Source of the DNA: an uncultured Bacillales bacterium
GTDB taxonomy: Bacteria > Bacillota_I > Bacilli_A > RF39 > UBA660
Length of the DNA: 64,000 bases
Assembly: GCA_905206805.1 (NCBI GenBank)
Contig: CAJLIR010000006.1
Coordinates: 2,999-66,998, forward strand
Reading direction: 5' to 3'
Positions 9,501 to 20,115 of this stretch are shown here, one piece after another (position 1 is the stretch's first letter; every line of letters begins with the position of its first letter). The notes under the pieces are model-generated. The model was not told the origin of the DNA, searched no databases, and saw only the letters and a list, made by a program, of their open reading frames with translations. The translations under genes were made by a program, and so were the position numbers.

Positions 9501-9854
9501 ATGTTCATGTTATTTAATAAAAGATGTTGTGGAGCAATGCCACAATTTGGTTGTGCACCAATAATGCCACAAGATAACTGTTGTGACGGAGGTAATTTTG
9601 CTCAAGGAGCAATGCCACAATCAGATAGATGTTGTCAAAATATGAACCAAACAAGAGAACAATGTATAGTAGAACCAACTATTAATAAATGTATTGAAAA
9701 AGAATTTTATCATGAAGTACCACATGTATGTCCAATACATACACATGTAATAAATCGTCATATATATAATCATAGCTATACACCACAATACACTTGTTCA
9801 GAAGAAAACCAAGTTTGCAATATTGACAACGGACCATGTTGCAAATTTGTCTAA
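9501..9854 (+). CDS. cysteine/histidine-rich small protein, possibly a CotD-like inner spore coat protein
   Basis: 117 aa with 16 Cys; the segment HEVPHVCPIHTHVINRHIYNHSYTPQY resembles the H/P/T-rich repeats of CotD-type coat proteins; AGGGGG RBS. Confidence 0.4.
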   Translation: MFMLFNKRCCGAMPQFGCAPIMPQDNCCDGGNFAQGAMPQSDRCCQNMNQTREQCIVEPTINKCIEKEFYHEVPHVCPIHTHVINRHIYNHSYTPQYTCSEENQVCNIDNGPCCKFV

Positions 9855-9925
9855 AGAATAGTCTACTATTCTTTTTTTTCTTGCTAAAAATAAATAATTT
9901 GATTATACTAGTAACAGGTGATGTT

Positions 9926-10555
9926 ATGAAAAAAGTATTATTAAAATGTATTTTTATAATAATAATTTTGGTTGGTTATATTATTTTGAATGAAAATATA
10001 CATGAAAAAAACTATGTCAATGAAATTGTATTAGAAAGTGATTCTATTACTAGTTATGATTGGGAATGTATAGTTAATGATGAATTTTTGAATATTTCAA
10101 AAGAAGAAAAAAATGGAAAATATATATTTAAACTATCTGCTAAAAAGAGTGGAATAACAGAAGTTCAATGTGTATATAGTTCTTCATTAAATAATAATGA
10201 TAGTGATGTTGTAAAAGTATATAGTGTTCAGATTGATTCAAGAAAAAAAATTACTATTAATGATCCAAAGGACTATAAAGAATTCAAATTTGATACAGCA
10301 TATGGCAATGTAAAAATTGTTGCTAATAATGCGTTAACTGCTACAGGATTTGCTGGTTCTAGTAATACTATTTTTTATTTAAAGGATAATAATTTATATT
10401 TATATGTCAATAATGGTGATGATGATTTATTGGCAGTTGGTGTAGATAAAATGTATTATGAAAATAACAATTCTCAAGTAATTACTGTGAAATTAAATAA
10501 AAATTCAAATATTATTAAGAATTTGCCTTACATAAATTATGTATATGATAATTAA
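9926..10555 (+). CDS. hypothetical secreted / membrane-anchored protein
   Basis: N-terminal hydrophobic signal-anchor (MKKVLLKCIFIIIILVGYIIL); start chosen at the ATG following an AGGTGATG RBS. Confidence 0.5.
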   Translation: MKKVLLKCIFIIIILVGYIILNENIHEKNYVNEIVLESDSITSYDWECIVNDEFLNISKEEKNGKYIFKLSAKKSGITEVQCVYSSSLNNNDSDVVKVYSVQIDSRKKITINDPKDYKEFKFDTAYGNVKIVANNALTATGFAGSSNTIFYLKDNNLYLYVNNGDDDLLAVGVDKMYYENNNSQVITVKLNKNSNIIKNLPYINYVYDN

Positions 10556-10578
10556 TAAAAAAATAGAATATTAAAATT

Positions 10579-11013
10579 TTATTCTATTCTGCCACATAAC
10601 CAATCTAGTGAAATTTCAAATTTTGTTGCTATACTATAAGCAAAAACAGTTAATATTAAAGTTTTTCCATTTTCATAAGCACTAATAGTAGAGTGAGATG
10701 TATTTAATAATTTTGCCAAATCATTTTGGCTTAAATTAAATTTTTTTCTTAAATACAAAATTCTTTCACCTATTATTTTTTTATTTATTTTGTCGTTTAT
10801 TTTTGGATAATTTTTGTCTTTAGATAAATTTACTATATAATCCATAGATAAATTATAAAAATTGCACAAGTCATTTAAGTGTTCTAAAGGAATGAATGTT
10901 TCACCTGTTTCCCATCTATTATATGTTGACTTACTAACATTTAGTTTTAAGGCAATTTGTCTTTGTGTAAGTTCACTATTTTCTCTTAAACTTTTTAATT
11001 TTTCAAAAATCAT
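10579..11013 (-). CDS. XRE-family transcriptional regulator with two tandem HTH domains
   Basis: Two HTH_XRE-like segments (LTQRQIALKLNVSKSTYNRWETG and LSQNDLAKLLNTSHSTISAYENG). Confidence 0.75.
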   Translation of the reverse strand: MIFEKLKSLRENSELTQRQIALKLNVSKSTYNRWETGETFIPLEHLNDLCNFYNLSMDYIVNLSKDKNYPKINDKINKKIIGERILYLRKKFNLSQNDLAKLLNTSHSTISAYENGKTLILTVFAYSIATKFEISLDWLCGRIE

Positions 11014-11117
11014 ATACTACTTCACCTATATATAATTTTCTCATTAAATAAAATTTTATTAATTTTTGTCCCCTATATGCGACCGAATGTGTTATAATAA
11101 ATACGAGGAGGAATATT

Positions 11118-11318
11118 ATGAATTATTTTATAAGACAATATCATAAAATTTTAACGCAGTTAGAAAATTATAAAAAAAATTTAGTTTTGAGACAAACCAA
11201 ATTTATTAATGATCAAGATATATATCTTAAATATTTTGATGAAATAGATAATTTATTATTGGATAAATATATAAAAATAGAAGAAATGTTAAATGAATTT
11301 AATGAACAAAATTATTAA
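11118..11318 (+). CDS. hypothetical small protein (66 aa)
   Basis: ORF with a GAGGAGG RBS; no recognisable domain. Confidence 0.3.
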   Translation: MNYFIRQYHKILTQLENYKKNLVLRQTKFINDQDIYLKYFDEIDNLLLDKYIKIEEMLNEFNEQNY

Positions 11319-12156
11319 AGTAAGATGGTTTATTAATTTCAAATGTAAGAATTTTTTTACTATTTGGATCTAGAATAATAAGTTTATTTGCATGTAAGCA
11401 AAAATAATTTGATTTGAAGTTTTTATCTCCATATTTTTTGTCACCAACAATACTATTACCAATACTTTGCATAGCAACACGAATTTGATTTTTTCTGCCT
11501 GTTTTAATTTCGATATCTAAAAGTGAATAATTTTGATTTGATTTGATAACTTTGTAGCAAGTTATAGCTTTTTTCCCTGTATTATTTTTTGTTGCAAAAA
11601 CATATAAATTGTCAGTTTCTTTTAAATACTGAATAATTGTGTCACTGCTTTTTTTAGGAATACCTTCTACAATAGCTTGATATCCTCTATATTTAACTAA
11701 TGAGTCCCAATTATTTTGGTATATACTTTGAATTTTTGTACTTTTAGCAAACATTACTATTCCAGATGTTTCCCTATCAAGTCTATGAATAACAAAAACT
11801 TTAGAATTTTTGTTATTTTTTTTTAAATATTCACTAACTAAATGATATAGTGTTTTTTCCTTTTCTTTATTTGTACTAATTGTAAGTAAATTAGATGGTT
11901 TATTAACTACGATTATGTTTTTATCTTCGTAAATTATTTCTATATTGTCATTTATTTTTGAATTAAAATTATTAATTGTAATAGAATCATTACATTTTAA
12001 ATTGTAATTATATTGTGTTATCTTTTTATTATTAACAAGTATTTGATTATTTGCTAATTTCTTTTTAGCTTCTTTATGAGAATATTTTAATTCTTCTATT
12101 AAGTAATTTATTAAAATTGTATCTTTATTTACTATATAATTTTTCATATTTAACAC
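11299..12156 (-). CDS. RluA-family 23S rRNA pseudouridine synthase (RluC/RluD-like, with N-terminal S4 domain)
   Basis: HRLDRETSGIVMFAKS catalytic motif (HRLDxxTSG); N-terminal S4-like region. Confidence 0.85.
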   Translation of the reverse strand: MLNMKNYIVNKDTILINYLIEELKYSHKEAKKKLANNQILVNNKKITQYNYNLKCNDSITINNFNSKINDNIEIIYEDKNIIVVNKPSNLLTISTNKEKEKTLYHLVSEYLKKNNKNSKVFVIHRLDRETSGIVMFAKSTKIQSIYQNNWDSLVKYRGYQAIVEGIPKKSSDTIIQYLKETDNLYVFATKNNTGKKAITCYKVIKSNQNYSLLDIEIKTGRKNQIRVAMQSIGNSIVGDKKYGDKNFKSNYFCLHANKLIILDPNSKKILTFEINKPSYFNNFVH

Positions 12157-12188
12157 CCAAAATAATAATACACTATAATTTAAAAATT

Positions 12189-12773
12189 TTAAATATTATT
12201 TTCTAAATATTCTTCTAAAGTTAAATTATTTTTAGTTATTTCTAAAGCAATTTTTCCTACATATCTATAATGCCATGGTTCATATTTAAATCCAGTTATA
12301 TTTTGTTTATCAGAGGGATATCTTAATATAAAACCATAATTAGGAGCATTTTTTATCATCCAAGAAAATTCCTTTGTATTACTAAAATTATTGTAGTCGC
12401 CCTCTGAACCTCTTACATCAACTGCAAGTCCTGTTTGATGTTCAGAGTGTCCTGGTTTAGCAGAACAGGCGTTAGCATATTCACTACCATATTTTAATAC
12501 ATAATTGTCGTATAATTTTTTTTGATATTCAAAACTTCTATATGTTGATTCTGCTTTTATACTTAAATTTAATTTTTTAGCATTCTTACATAATTTTTCA
12601 AAGCATTCTTTAGCTTCATTTCTTAAATATTTAGTATCAACAGAATATAATTCATTAATTTTTTCTAAATTGCTAGGTATAAATTTTTGATACAACATAT
12701 TATTTTTATTTACAAGTACTAATAAATCATCAGGATTTTCAATTAATTTTATATTTTTATAAAAATCATTCAT
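12189..12773 (-). CDS. D-alanyl-D-alanine carboxypeptidase, peptidase M15B (VanY-like)
   Basis: SEHQTGLAVDV (SxHxxGxAxD) and EPWHYRYVG motifs typical of VanY / M15 zinc D,D-carboxypeptidases. Confidence 0.8.
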   Translation of the reverse strand: MNDFYKNIKLIENPDDLLVLVNKNNMLYQKFIPSNLEKINELYSVDTKYLRNEAKECFEKLCKNAKKLNLSIKAESTYRSFEYQKKLYDNYVLKYGSEYANACSAKPGHSEHQTGLAVDVRGSEGDYNNFSNTKEFSWMIKNAPNYGFILRYPSDKQNITGFKYEPWHYRYVGKIALEITKNNLTLEEYLENNI

Positions 12774-12878
12774 TTAATCACCACTTAATTTTATGCGATT
12801 AATAAATTGGACATACTCATTATTTTTATTAAACCATATATTATGATAGAAGTTTTTACTTCTTTAAGGAGGAATTAT

Positions 12879-13127
12879 ATGAATAATAATACTATAAGCC
12901 TCGATTTACTTAAAATAGGAGATAGCGCTAATGTTGTAAAAATTAATTCAAACGATGATATAAAAAGAAGATTACTTGATATGGGAATAACTGAAAATAG
13001 CGTAATTAAATGTATTTTAGAAAGTCCTTTTAAAGATCCTAGAGCTTATTTAGTTAAGGGTGCCACTATAGCAATAAGAAATTGTGATGCGAAAGATATA
13101 ACGGTAAGGTGTTGTAATAATGAATGA
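12879..13127 (+). CDS. feoA: ferrous iron transport protein FeoA
   Basis: Small SH3-like FeoA domain; AAGGAGG RBS at 12866; overlaps the feoB start. Confidence 0.75.
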   Translation: MNNNTISLDLLKIGDSANVVKINSNDDIKRRLLDMGITENSVIKCILESPFKDPRAYLVKGATIAIRNCDAKDITVRCCNNE

Positions 13128-15174
13128 GTATGCGAAAATAATAGCTTTAGCTGGTAATCCAAATGTTGGAAAAAGTACTATATTTAATGCTTTAACTGGT
13201 TTAAAACAACATACTGGTAATTGGCCTGGAAAAACTGTAAGTAATGCAGTAGGAGAATATAAATATAATGATTCTTTATATAAAATTTATGATTTACCAG
13301 GTACTTATTCATTAGTATCACATTCTGAAGAAGAAGAAATAGCTAGAGATTTTATTTGTTTTGGTAATTCTTCTATAACTGTTATTGTTTGTGATGCGGT
13401 TTGTTTAGAAAGAAATTTGAATTTAGCTCTTCAAACTATAGAAATTAATGATAATGTAATTATTTGTGTAAATTTACTAGATGAAGCAAAAAGAAAAAAT
13501 ATTAATGTTGATTTAGATAAATTAAGTTCTATTTTAGGAGTACCTGTAATAGGAACTAGTGCTCGTAATAATAAAGGTTTAGACGATTTAATGTATGCGA
13601 TAGAAAATTATGAGAATAAAAAGCATTATCGCATAAAGTATGAAAAATGTATTGAAGATGCGATTGATATTATTTATCCTTATATTCATATTAATAATAG
13701 GATAAACAAAAGATGGCTTGCTCTTAAATTAATTGATGATGATAAGAACTTTTTAAAATCATTAAAGAAAAATTTAGATTTTAATTTAGATAATGAATTG
13801 GAAGATAGAATTTTATATGCAAGGTGTTTTTTATCCGATAATGGTATAGAAATAACGGAGTTAAAAAATCATATCGTTGGAAATATTGTTTCAATCGCGC
13901 AAGAAATAAGTAGTAAGGTTGTAACTTATAATGATAAAAATTATAACGAAAAAGAAATGAAAATTGATAAGTGGGTTACTAATAAATGGACTGGAATACC
14001 ACTTATGATTTTGTTATTGATGATTGTTTTTTGGATTACAATAGTTGGGGCAAATTATCCATCAGGATTACTTTATGATTTTTTGTTTTGGATAGAGGGA
14101 TATTTGTACAAATTTTTTGATCTTTTAATGGCACCAAGTTGGTTAAGCGGAATTTTAGTAGGTGGAGTGTATCGTGTTTTAGCTTGGGTAGTATCTGTTA
14201 TGTTGCCACCAATGGCTATATTTTTTCCATTATTTACAATTTTAGAAGATTTAGGCTATTTACCTAGAATTGCCTTTAATTTAGATAGATGTTTTAAAAA
14301 ATGTGCAGCTTGTGGGAAACAAGCGTTAACAATGGTAATGGGATTTGGTTGTAATGCAGTAGGGGTAACAGGAGCTAGAATTATTGATTCAAAAAGAGAG
14401 CGATTACTAGCAATTATAACTAATTGTTTTGTACCTTGTAATGGAAGATTTCCGGCAATTATCTCAATTATAACAATGTTTTTTATAGGTTTTTCAGGAG
14501 GATTTTTATCTTCAGTATTTAGTGTTTTAATTTTAACACTAGTAATTTTAAGTGGAATATTTATGACATTTTTAGTTTCTAAAATATTATCTAAAACCTT
14601 ACTAAAAGGTATTCCATCTTCATTTACTTTAGAATTACCACCTTATAGAAAACCACAATTTTTTAAAGTAATTGTTAGATCTATTTTTGATAGAACATTA
14701 CTTGTTTTGGGAAGAGCTATTTCTATTGCAGCACCAGCAGGTTTAATTATTTGGATTCTAGCTAATGTGAATATAAATGATATTAGTATTTTGAAATATT
14801 GTACTGACTTTTTAAATCCTTTTGCGCAATTGATAGGTTTAGATGGTGTAATTTTAATGGCTTTTATTTTAGGATTTCCGGCAAATGAAATAGTAGTACC
14901 AATTGTGATAATGGGTTATATGGCAACAGGTAATTTAACAGATTTTGATTCTTTAGTTCAATTAAAAACATTATTAGTTGATAATGGTTGGACAATTCAA
15001 ACTGCGATTTGTTTTATTACTTTTTCACTTTTTCATTTTCCATGTTCTACAACTTGTTTAACTATAAAAAAAGAAACTGGCAGTTTTAAGTGGACTTTAG
15101 TTTCTATATTGATTCCTACTATAATTGGTTTTATTTTATGTTTTACAATAAATTTTATTTTTAATCTTTTCTAA
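13120..15174 (+). CDS. feoB: ferrous iron transporter FeoB
   Basis: N-terminal G domain IALAGNPNVGKSTIFNALTG; long polytopic C-terminal permease; 684 aa. Confidence 0.9.
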   Translation: MNEYAKIIALAGNPNVGKSTIFNALTGLKQHTGNWPGKTVSNAVGEYKYNDSLYKIYDLPGTYSLVSHSEEEEIARDFICFGNSSITVIVCDAVCLERNLNLALQTIEINDNVIICVNLLDEAKRKNINVDLDKLSSILGVPVIGTSARNNKGLDDLMYAIENYENKKHYRIKYEKCIEDAIDIIYPYIHINNRINKRWLALKLIDDDKNFLKSLKKNLDFNLDNELEDRILYARCFLSDNGIEITELKNHIVGNIVSIAQEISSKVVTYNDKNYNEKEMKIDKWVTNKWTGIPLMILLLMIVFWITIVGANYPSGLLYDFLFWIEGYLYKFFDLLMAPSWLSGILVGGVYRVLAWVVSVMLPPMAIFFPLFTILEDLGYLPRIAFNLDRCFKKCAACGKQALTMVMGFGCNAVGVTGARIIDSKRERLLAIITNCFVPCNGRFPAIISIITMFFIGFSGGFLSSVFSVLILTLVILSGIFMTFLVSKILSKTLLKGIPSSFTLELPPYRKPQFFKVIVRSIFDRTLLVLGRAISIAAPAGLIIWILANVNINDISILKYCTDFLNPFAQLIGLDGVILMAFILGFPANEIVVPIVIMGYMATGNLTDFDSLVQLKTLLVDNGWTIQTAICFITFSLFHFPCSTTCLTIKKETGSFKWTLVSILIPTIIGFILCFTINFIFNLF

Positions 15175-15227
15175 TTAAAATAATATATGTTTATATTAAA
15201 TAAAGAACAAACTTAAAAATTTGTTCT

Positions 15228-16919
15228 TTATTCTTTTACTGTTGGATTAAAATTTTCAATTGCTTCTACTAATTTAGGATGTCTTATAATAAAATGTATA
15301 ATAGGGTTAGAACTTTTTGATAGAATAACATAATTATCTTTTAAAATAGTTATATTTATATTATTAAATATTTTATAGTCGTTAATAGTAATATTATAGT
15401 TTTTTAAATTTTTTGCGTATTTTTTTGTACTATTTAAGTGTTCTAAATATTCTTCATAATTATATTTTATTTTTTTTGTATAAAACATATTTTCTAGTTG
15501 AAGATATACATCATTAAAATCATTTTTATTTAATGAATAAATAATATCATTTATTTCATTATTTTTAAGAATTAATTTTATATTTTTTTCTTCTTCATTT
15601 TTATATAATAATATATTATTAATATCATGTTTTGGAATATTATTTCTTTTTAAGATTTTAATAAGTAGTTCATCATTTATAGTAAATAGAGGTAATGAAG
15701 AAAATATTCTTTTTCTATTACCTTTAATATTTGTATCATTTAGTAAAAATAATTTATATTCTTCTTTTTGTTCCTCTCTATAAATATTCATAAGAGAATT
15801 TGCTTTCTTTAGTAATAATTCTGATTTTTCTTTATAATATTCAACTTCTTTATTATTAGCTGTTAAATAATATTTTCCTCTTTCGTGAGATCCGTTAATA
15901 CATTCACCCATTAAAGCAACACTACCAGATACATAATTTAAGTGGTTATATATATTTGTTTTATTATTTTTTAAATAGTAGGGTGTTATTTGACCTGTCA
16001 TATAAATTGGAATCCAACTTTCAAGTCCTAACATCATTTCATTAAAAGGTCTATCTAAATTATGGATTATATTTAAGTGTAATCCTTTTTTTAGACACAT
16101 CGCAATTCCAAACATCCAATTTTTACCAAATTTAATATCACTTGCCATATCTTCCATAGGCATATCACTGCACATAAACATATTTTCCATAGATTTTGAC
16201 AAAACTGTACCTTTAAGAAAATCAAGTTCTCCTTTTTTCATTTCTTCTATGCCATAGTATGATTTGGTTTTTGCTTTATAAAATGGAATATAGGGTACCT
16301 TTAATTCATCAAATTTAATTGCTTTTATATAATCATTTAGATTAAAATTATCTAAATTTTTTAAAAACTTATCTATTTGATTATCATTAATTATTTTATT
16401 ATTTAATATCCAATTTTTAATTTTTTCTTCATTTATTTCATTAATATTACAATTAAATAAAATACTTAAACTTTTTTTGGCGTCATCACTACTATATTTT
16501 TTTACTATATAACTAGTTAATTCATTTATAAATCCTTGTTTATTAGAAGGAATTCTATTACCGTTTCTAATTCTTGAAAGATATGATGCATCAAAATTTA
16601 AAAATTTAGCTAATTCACTAGCATTTATATCAAGACATATAATTAGTTTATTTAAGTTACATCTTATAATTTCAAAATCTATTTCTGTATTATTAATAGT
16701 TTTATTAAATTCAGTAAAAATGTCTTCTTTTTTATATTTTTCTTCTGAAAGTATAGATAAGGATTCACTAATTTTTTTTAAATTTTCATTATTAGGAATT
16801 CTATTACCACTTTTGTATCTACTTATTATTGATTCAGAAAGATTAGAGTATTTAGCGATATCTTTAGAACTACATCCAATTAAATTTATATACTTATTTA
16901 AAATATCATTAAACTTCAT
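15228..16919 (-). CDS. large protein with two N-terminal XRE-type HTH modules and an uncharacterised C-terminal domain
   Basis: Segments DIAKYSNLSESIISRYKSGNRIP and ASELAKFLNFDASYLSRIRNGNRIP look like HTH DNA-binding motifs; the remaining roughly 400 aa has no recognisable family. Confidence 0.55.
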   Translation of the reverse strand: MKFNDILNKYINLIGCSSKDIAKYSNLSESIISRYKSGNRIPNNENLKKISESLSILSEEKYKKEDIFTEFNKTINNTEIDFEIIRCNLNKLIICLDINASELAKFLNFDASYLSRIRNGNRIPSNKQGFINELTSYIVKKYSSDDAKKSLSILFNCNINEINEEKIKNWILNNKIINDNQIDKFLKNLDNFNLNDYIKAIKFDELKVPYIPFYKAKTKSYYGIEEMKKGELDFLKGTVLSKSMENMFMCSDMPMEDMASDIKFGKNWMFGIAMCLKKGLHLNIIHNLDRPFNEMMLGLESWIPIYMTGQITPYYLKNNKTNIYNHLNYVSGSVALMGECINGSHERGKYYLTANNKEVEYYKEKSELLLKKANSLMNIYREEQKEEYKLFLLNDTNIKGNRKRIFSSLPLFTINDELLIKILKRNNIPKHDINNILLYKNEEEKNIKLILKNNEINDIIYSLNKNDFNDVYLQLENMFYTKKIKYNYEEYLEHLNSTKKYAKNLKNYNITINDYKIFNNINITILKDNYVILSKSSNPIIHFIIRHPKLVEAIENFNPTVKE

Positions 16920-17111
16920 ATTTAATCACCGTTTATAATATATCAAAAAAATCTGTTAAAAAAAATATTTTTTATAAATTAAATAAAAATTTACTAAATA
17001 GTCAATGACATTTTGACAATAATTCTTTGTAACTGTGTTTATTTATAATATACTAAATGTAACAAATTATGTAATTTTTGTTATTTTTATAATAAGTAGA
17101 GGAGTGATATT

Positions 17112-17822
17112 ATGGCATTAATTAAATGTCCAGAATGTAAAAAAGATATCAGTGATAAGGCTTTGGTTTGTCCAAAATGTGGATATGAACTTAAAAGCGA
17201 AGGTACTTTAAATCAGGTTAAGAATAGTGTTGATTCTATTAAATCAGGAATTTTTAAATTTGATTATAAATTTATTCTTATAATTGCGGTATTAATTATT
17301 GGTGCATATTTTATTTTTAATCAAAATAAACAATCTAATTCTGGTGGTACTAGTACACCATCTAGTAATTCAGGATATTCAGTTTTTAATAGTTCTTATA
17401 TGGGAATATCGTTTGAATACCCAACTGGCTATAAGGTTGCGACTGATAAAGATGGATTTATCTATGTAGCTAAAAATATAGATAATGAAGGGGCTTTGAT
17501 TCCTTACATAATTATTGGAAGATATGATAATTATTATGACTCGGTTGCATTTTTAACTGATTTTACAAGTCATATGAGTCAACAATATAGTGATTTAATT
17601 TTGACTATTGATTTAGTTTCTGGAGTGCGTGCAGGTAGAACAGTATATGGTCTTGCATATAATTATACAAGTGGTGGTCATCTAGTAGTTGATAATAGAT
17701 ACGCAGTTACTATAAATAACAAGGTATATATGATTGGAAGCAAGGAAGAAAATGTAAATTCTGCCGAGATTAATGATGTAGTAGGACATATTCTAGATAC
17801 AATAACAGAAGGAGGTAAGTAG
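17112..17822 (+). CDS. zinc-ribbon membrane protein (N-terminal CxxC...CxxC, single TM, extracellular domain)
   Basis: MALIKCPECKKD...CPKCGY zinc ribbon; TM helix LIIAVLIIGAYFIF. Confidence 0.6.
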   Translation: MALIKCPECKKDISDKALVCPKCGYELKSEGTLNQVKNSVDSIKSGIFKFDYKFILIIAVLIIGAYFIFNQNKQSNSGGTSTPSSNSGYSVFNSSYMGISFEYPTGYKVATDKDGFIYVAKNIDNEGALIPYIIIGRYDNYYDSVAFLTDFTSHMSQQYSDLILTIDLVSGVRAGRTVYGLAYNYTSGGHLVVDNRYAVTINNKVYMIGSKEENVNSAEINDVVGHILDTITEGGK

Positions 17823-17823
17823 T

Positions 17824-18969
17824 ATGGCTTTAATTAAATGTAGTGAGTGTGGAAATGAAATTTCATCGAGTGCGAAATTTTGTCCTCAATGTGGAGCTAG
17901 TGTTGAACAACATTTTTGTCCAGAATGTGGTGTAAAATTAAAAGGAAATGAGATTAATTGTCCAGAATGTGGATTTCCTCTTACTAAAAAAACAGCGTCA
18001 AATATAATTACTGAGAATTTGGATAAAATAACAGGCGCAAAATCAGAAAATTATGTAACTTTTAAAGACTTATTTAAAGATACATTTAAAAAACATAGCG
18101 AAGAAGACTTAGATAATGTGTTTGTTTGTGGAAGCTCTAGTACGACTCCTAACGTAAAAGATGTTAATCCTAAAAAAGCAAGTGCTTGGGTATATTTTAA
18201 AATTTTTATATTTTTTATAATAGCTTACATTCCTACTAGAATTGGCTATATTAATTATGGTAATCTTAACTTTTTACCAGCAATGATTATGTTGGGTGCA
18301 TTTGCTGTACCAGTTACAGTTTTAATTTTTTTCTATGAAATAAATCTATTTAGAAACATTCCATTCTATAAAGTAATAAAGTACTTTATTCTAGGTGGTG
18401 CACTTAGTCTAATTCTAGCAATATTATTTTTCTCATTAAACCTTAATACTGATATAAGTACATATTCTGGTGCTTTAATGGTTGGATTAATTGAGGAGGC
18501 AGCAAAAGCTGTCATAGTAGCATTTTTTCTGTTTAAAAGTAAAAAGAGTAATTATATTTTAAATGGTTTATTAATCGGTGCAGCAGTAGGAGCTGGATTT
18601 GCTGCATTTGAAACAGCTGGTTATATATTAAGATATGGTTTGACTGGTGGCGATGCCGCTATGTTACAAATTATAAAACTTCGTGGTTTCTTAGCTCCAG
18701 GTGGACATGTTGCGTGGGCCGCTATTGAAGGTGCCGCACTTATGTATGTTAAAGGATTTGAAAAATTAGATAAAAAACATTTAAATGATAAAAGATTTTT
18801 ACTTATTTGTCTTATTTCAGTTGTTGAACACGGTATTTGGGATATGCCAATAGAAGCTCCATATTATTTAGTACCAATTGGACTTACGGTAGCTGCGTGG
18901 TTAGTTATAATATATTTTATTAATTTGGGTTTAAAACAAATTGATGATGCGAAAAAATTAAAAAATTAG
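17824..18969 (+). CDS. PrsW-family intramembrane metalloprotease with an N-terminal double zinc-ribbon
   Basis: N-terminus paralogous to the upstream gene (MALIKCSECGNE...CPQCG, CPECG...CPECG). Multi-TM core with GLIEEAAKA (EExxK), FETAGY (FxxxE) and a conserved His region, as in PrsW/YpdC. Confidence 0.7.
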   Translation: MALIKCSECGNEISSSAKFCPQCGASVEQHFCPECGVKLKGNEINCPECGFPLTKKTASNIITENLDKITGAKSENYVTFKDLFKDTFKKHSEEDLDNVFVCGSSSTTPNVKDVNPKKASAWVYFKIFIFFIIAYIPTRIGYINYGNLNFLPAMIMLGAFAVPVTVLIFFYEINLFRNIPFYKVIKYFILGGALSLILAILFFSLNLNTDISTYSGALMVGLIEEAAKAVIVAFFLFKSKKSNYILNGLLIGAAVGAGFAAFETAGYILRYGLTGGDAAMLQIIKLRGFLAPGGHVAWAAIEGAALMYVKGFEKLDKKHLNDKRFLLICLISVVEHGIWDMPIEAPYYLVPIGLTVAAWLVIIYFINLGLKQIDDAKKLKN

Positions 18970-19007
18970 AATTTAATTATTTTTGAATAAAGAAGGAGGA
19001 ATTTATT

Positions 19008-20108
19008 TTGAAAAATAAAACAAGTGTTATAATCATAACTATTTTTTTAGTAGTAGTTATATCTTTAGTTATCTTTAATTTTACTAAGAAAAACAATAAT
19101 AATTCTATAGATATTCCTAGTAAAAGTTTGGATGTTAAAATTGTAAAAAATGAGGTCTCAAATTTAACTCTTGAAGAATATACAAATGATGCACTTACAA
19201 TGAAAAAACCTAAGGGTTGGGTTGTAGAAACAGGTGGAAGTGGTATATATTATGCGATAAGAGTATATGACCCTAGTGATAGTAGAAATCAAGTATTTTT
19301 AATGTTAAAAGTTCAACCGCTTTTAAAAAGTGATGCATCAAAATCATTTTGGCAAAATTATTATAATATGAGTGGATATAATTCCCAATATAAATTATTT
19401 GCGGATGCGATAGTTTTAGATAGTCCTAAAGTAGAAACATTTTATCAAAAATTTAATGAAATTTTCTCATTTGTAAAATCGATTGATCCAAGTTTTTCTA
19501 CAATAAATTTTCCAACAATTAATAATTTTAAAACATTAGAAGAATTTGAATCAACAGCTTCAATGAAAAGTGTTGCTTTAGATAGTAAGGTTTTAAGAGC
19601 TACTTATAGTGATCAAGATAATAAAGAAGCAGAGGGTATGTTTTTAGCTTCTATTGTAAACTTTGGTAATAGTAATATGAATGGAGTAGATACCCTTTAT
19701 TATATGGTGTATGACATAATGGCTATTACAACAGCTAAAGATGAATTTATAGATTATAAAGATATATTATTAGAGTCAATTAATTCAATAGATTTTAATA
19801 GTTCTTATGTACAAAAAACTATAGATGATGGTAATGCTCAAACAAAACAAGCTCTAGAATTAAGTGCTAGTATGCAAAAAGCCTTTGATTCATATATGAG
19901 TGCTTGGGAAAATAGAAGTAAATCATACGATATAATGAGTCAAAAACAAAGTGATGCAACTTTAGGTTATGAAAGAGTTTATGATACTGAAACAGGAGAT
20001 ATATATAAAGCATATAATGGTTTCACCGATGACTATGATGGTGAAAGATACAAATCAATAACTGATAATATGTACACTGAAAAAACTAGTGGATATATTG
20101 AAAAATAG
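19008..20108 (+). CDS. hypothetical secreted protein
   Basis: N-terminal signal/anchor; 366 aa; no recognisable domain. Confidence 0.5.
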   Translation: MKNKTSVIIITIFLVVVISLVIFNFTKKNNNNSIDIPSKSLDVKIVKNEVSNLTLEEYTNDALTMKKPKGWVVETGGSGIYYAIRVYDPSDSRNQVFLMLKVQPLLKSDASKSFWQNYYNMSGYNSQYKLFADAIVLDSPKVETFYQKFNEIFSFVKSIDPSFSTINFPTINNFKTLEEFESTASMKSVALDSKVLRATYSDQDNKEAEGMFLASIVNFGNSNMNGVDTLYYMVYDIMAITTAKDEFIDYKDILLESINSIDFNSSYVQKTIDDGNAQTKQALELSASMQKAFDSYMSAWENRSKSYDIMSQKQSDATLGYERVYDTETGDIYKAYNGFTDDYDGERYKSITDNMYTEKTSGYIEK

Positions 20109-20115
20109 GTGAATT

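Noticed and set aside
16720-16938. 72-aa plus-strand ORF overlapping the start of the 563-aa HTH gene
   Set aside because: Antisense to a well-supported coding region; hydrophobic low-complexity product typical of AT-rich antisense frames.
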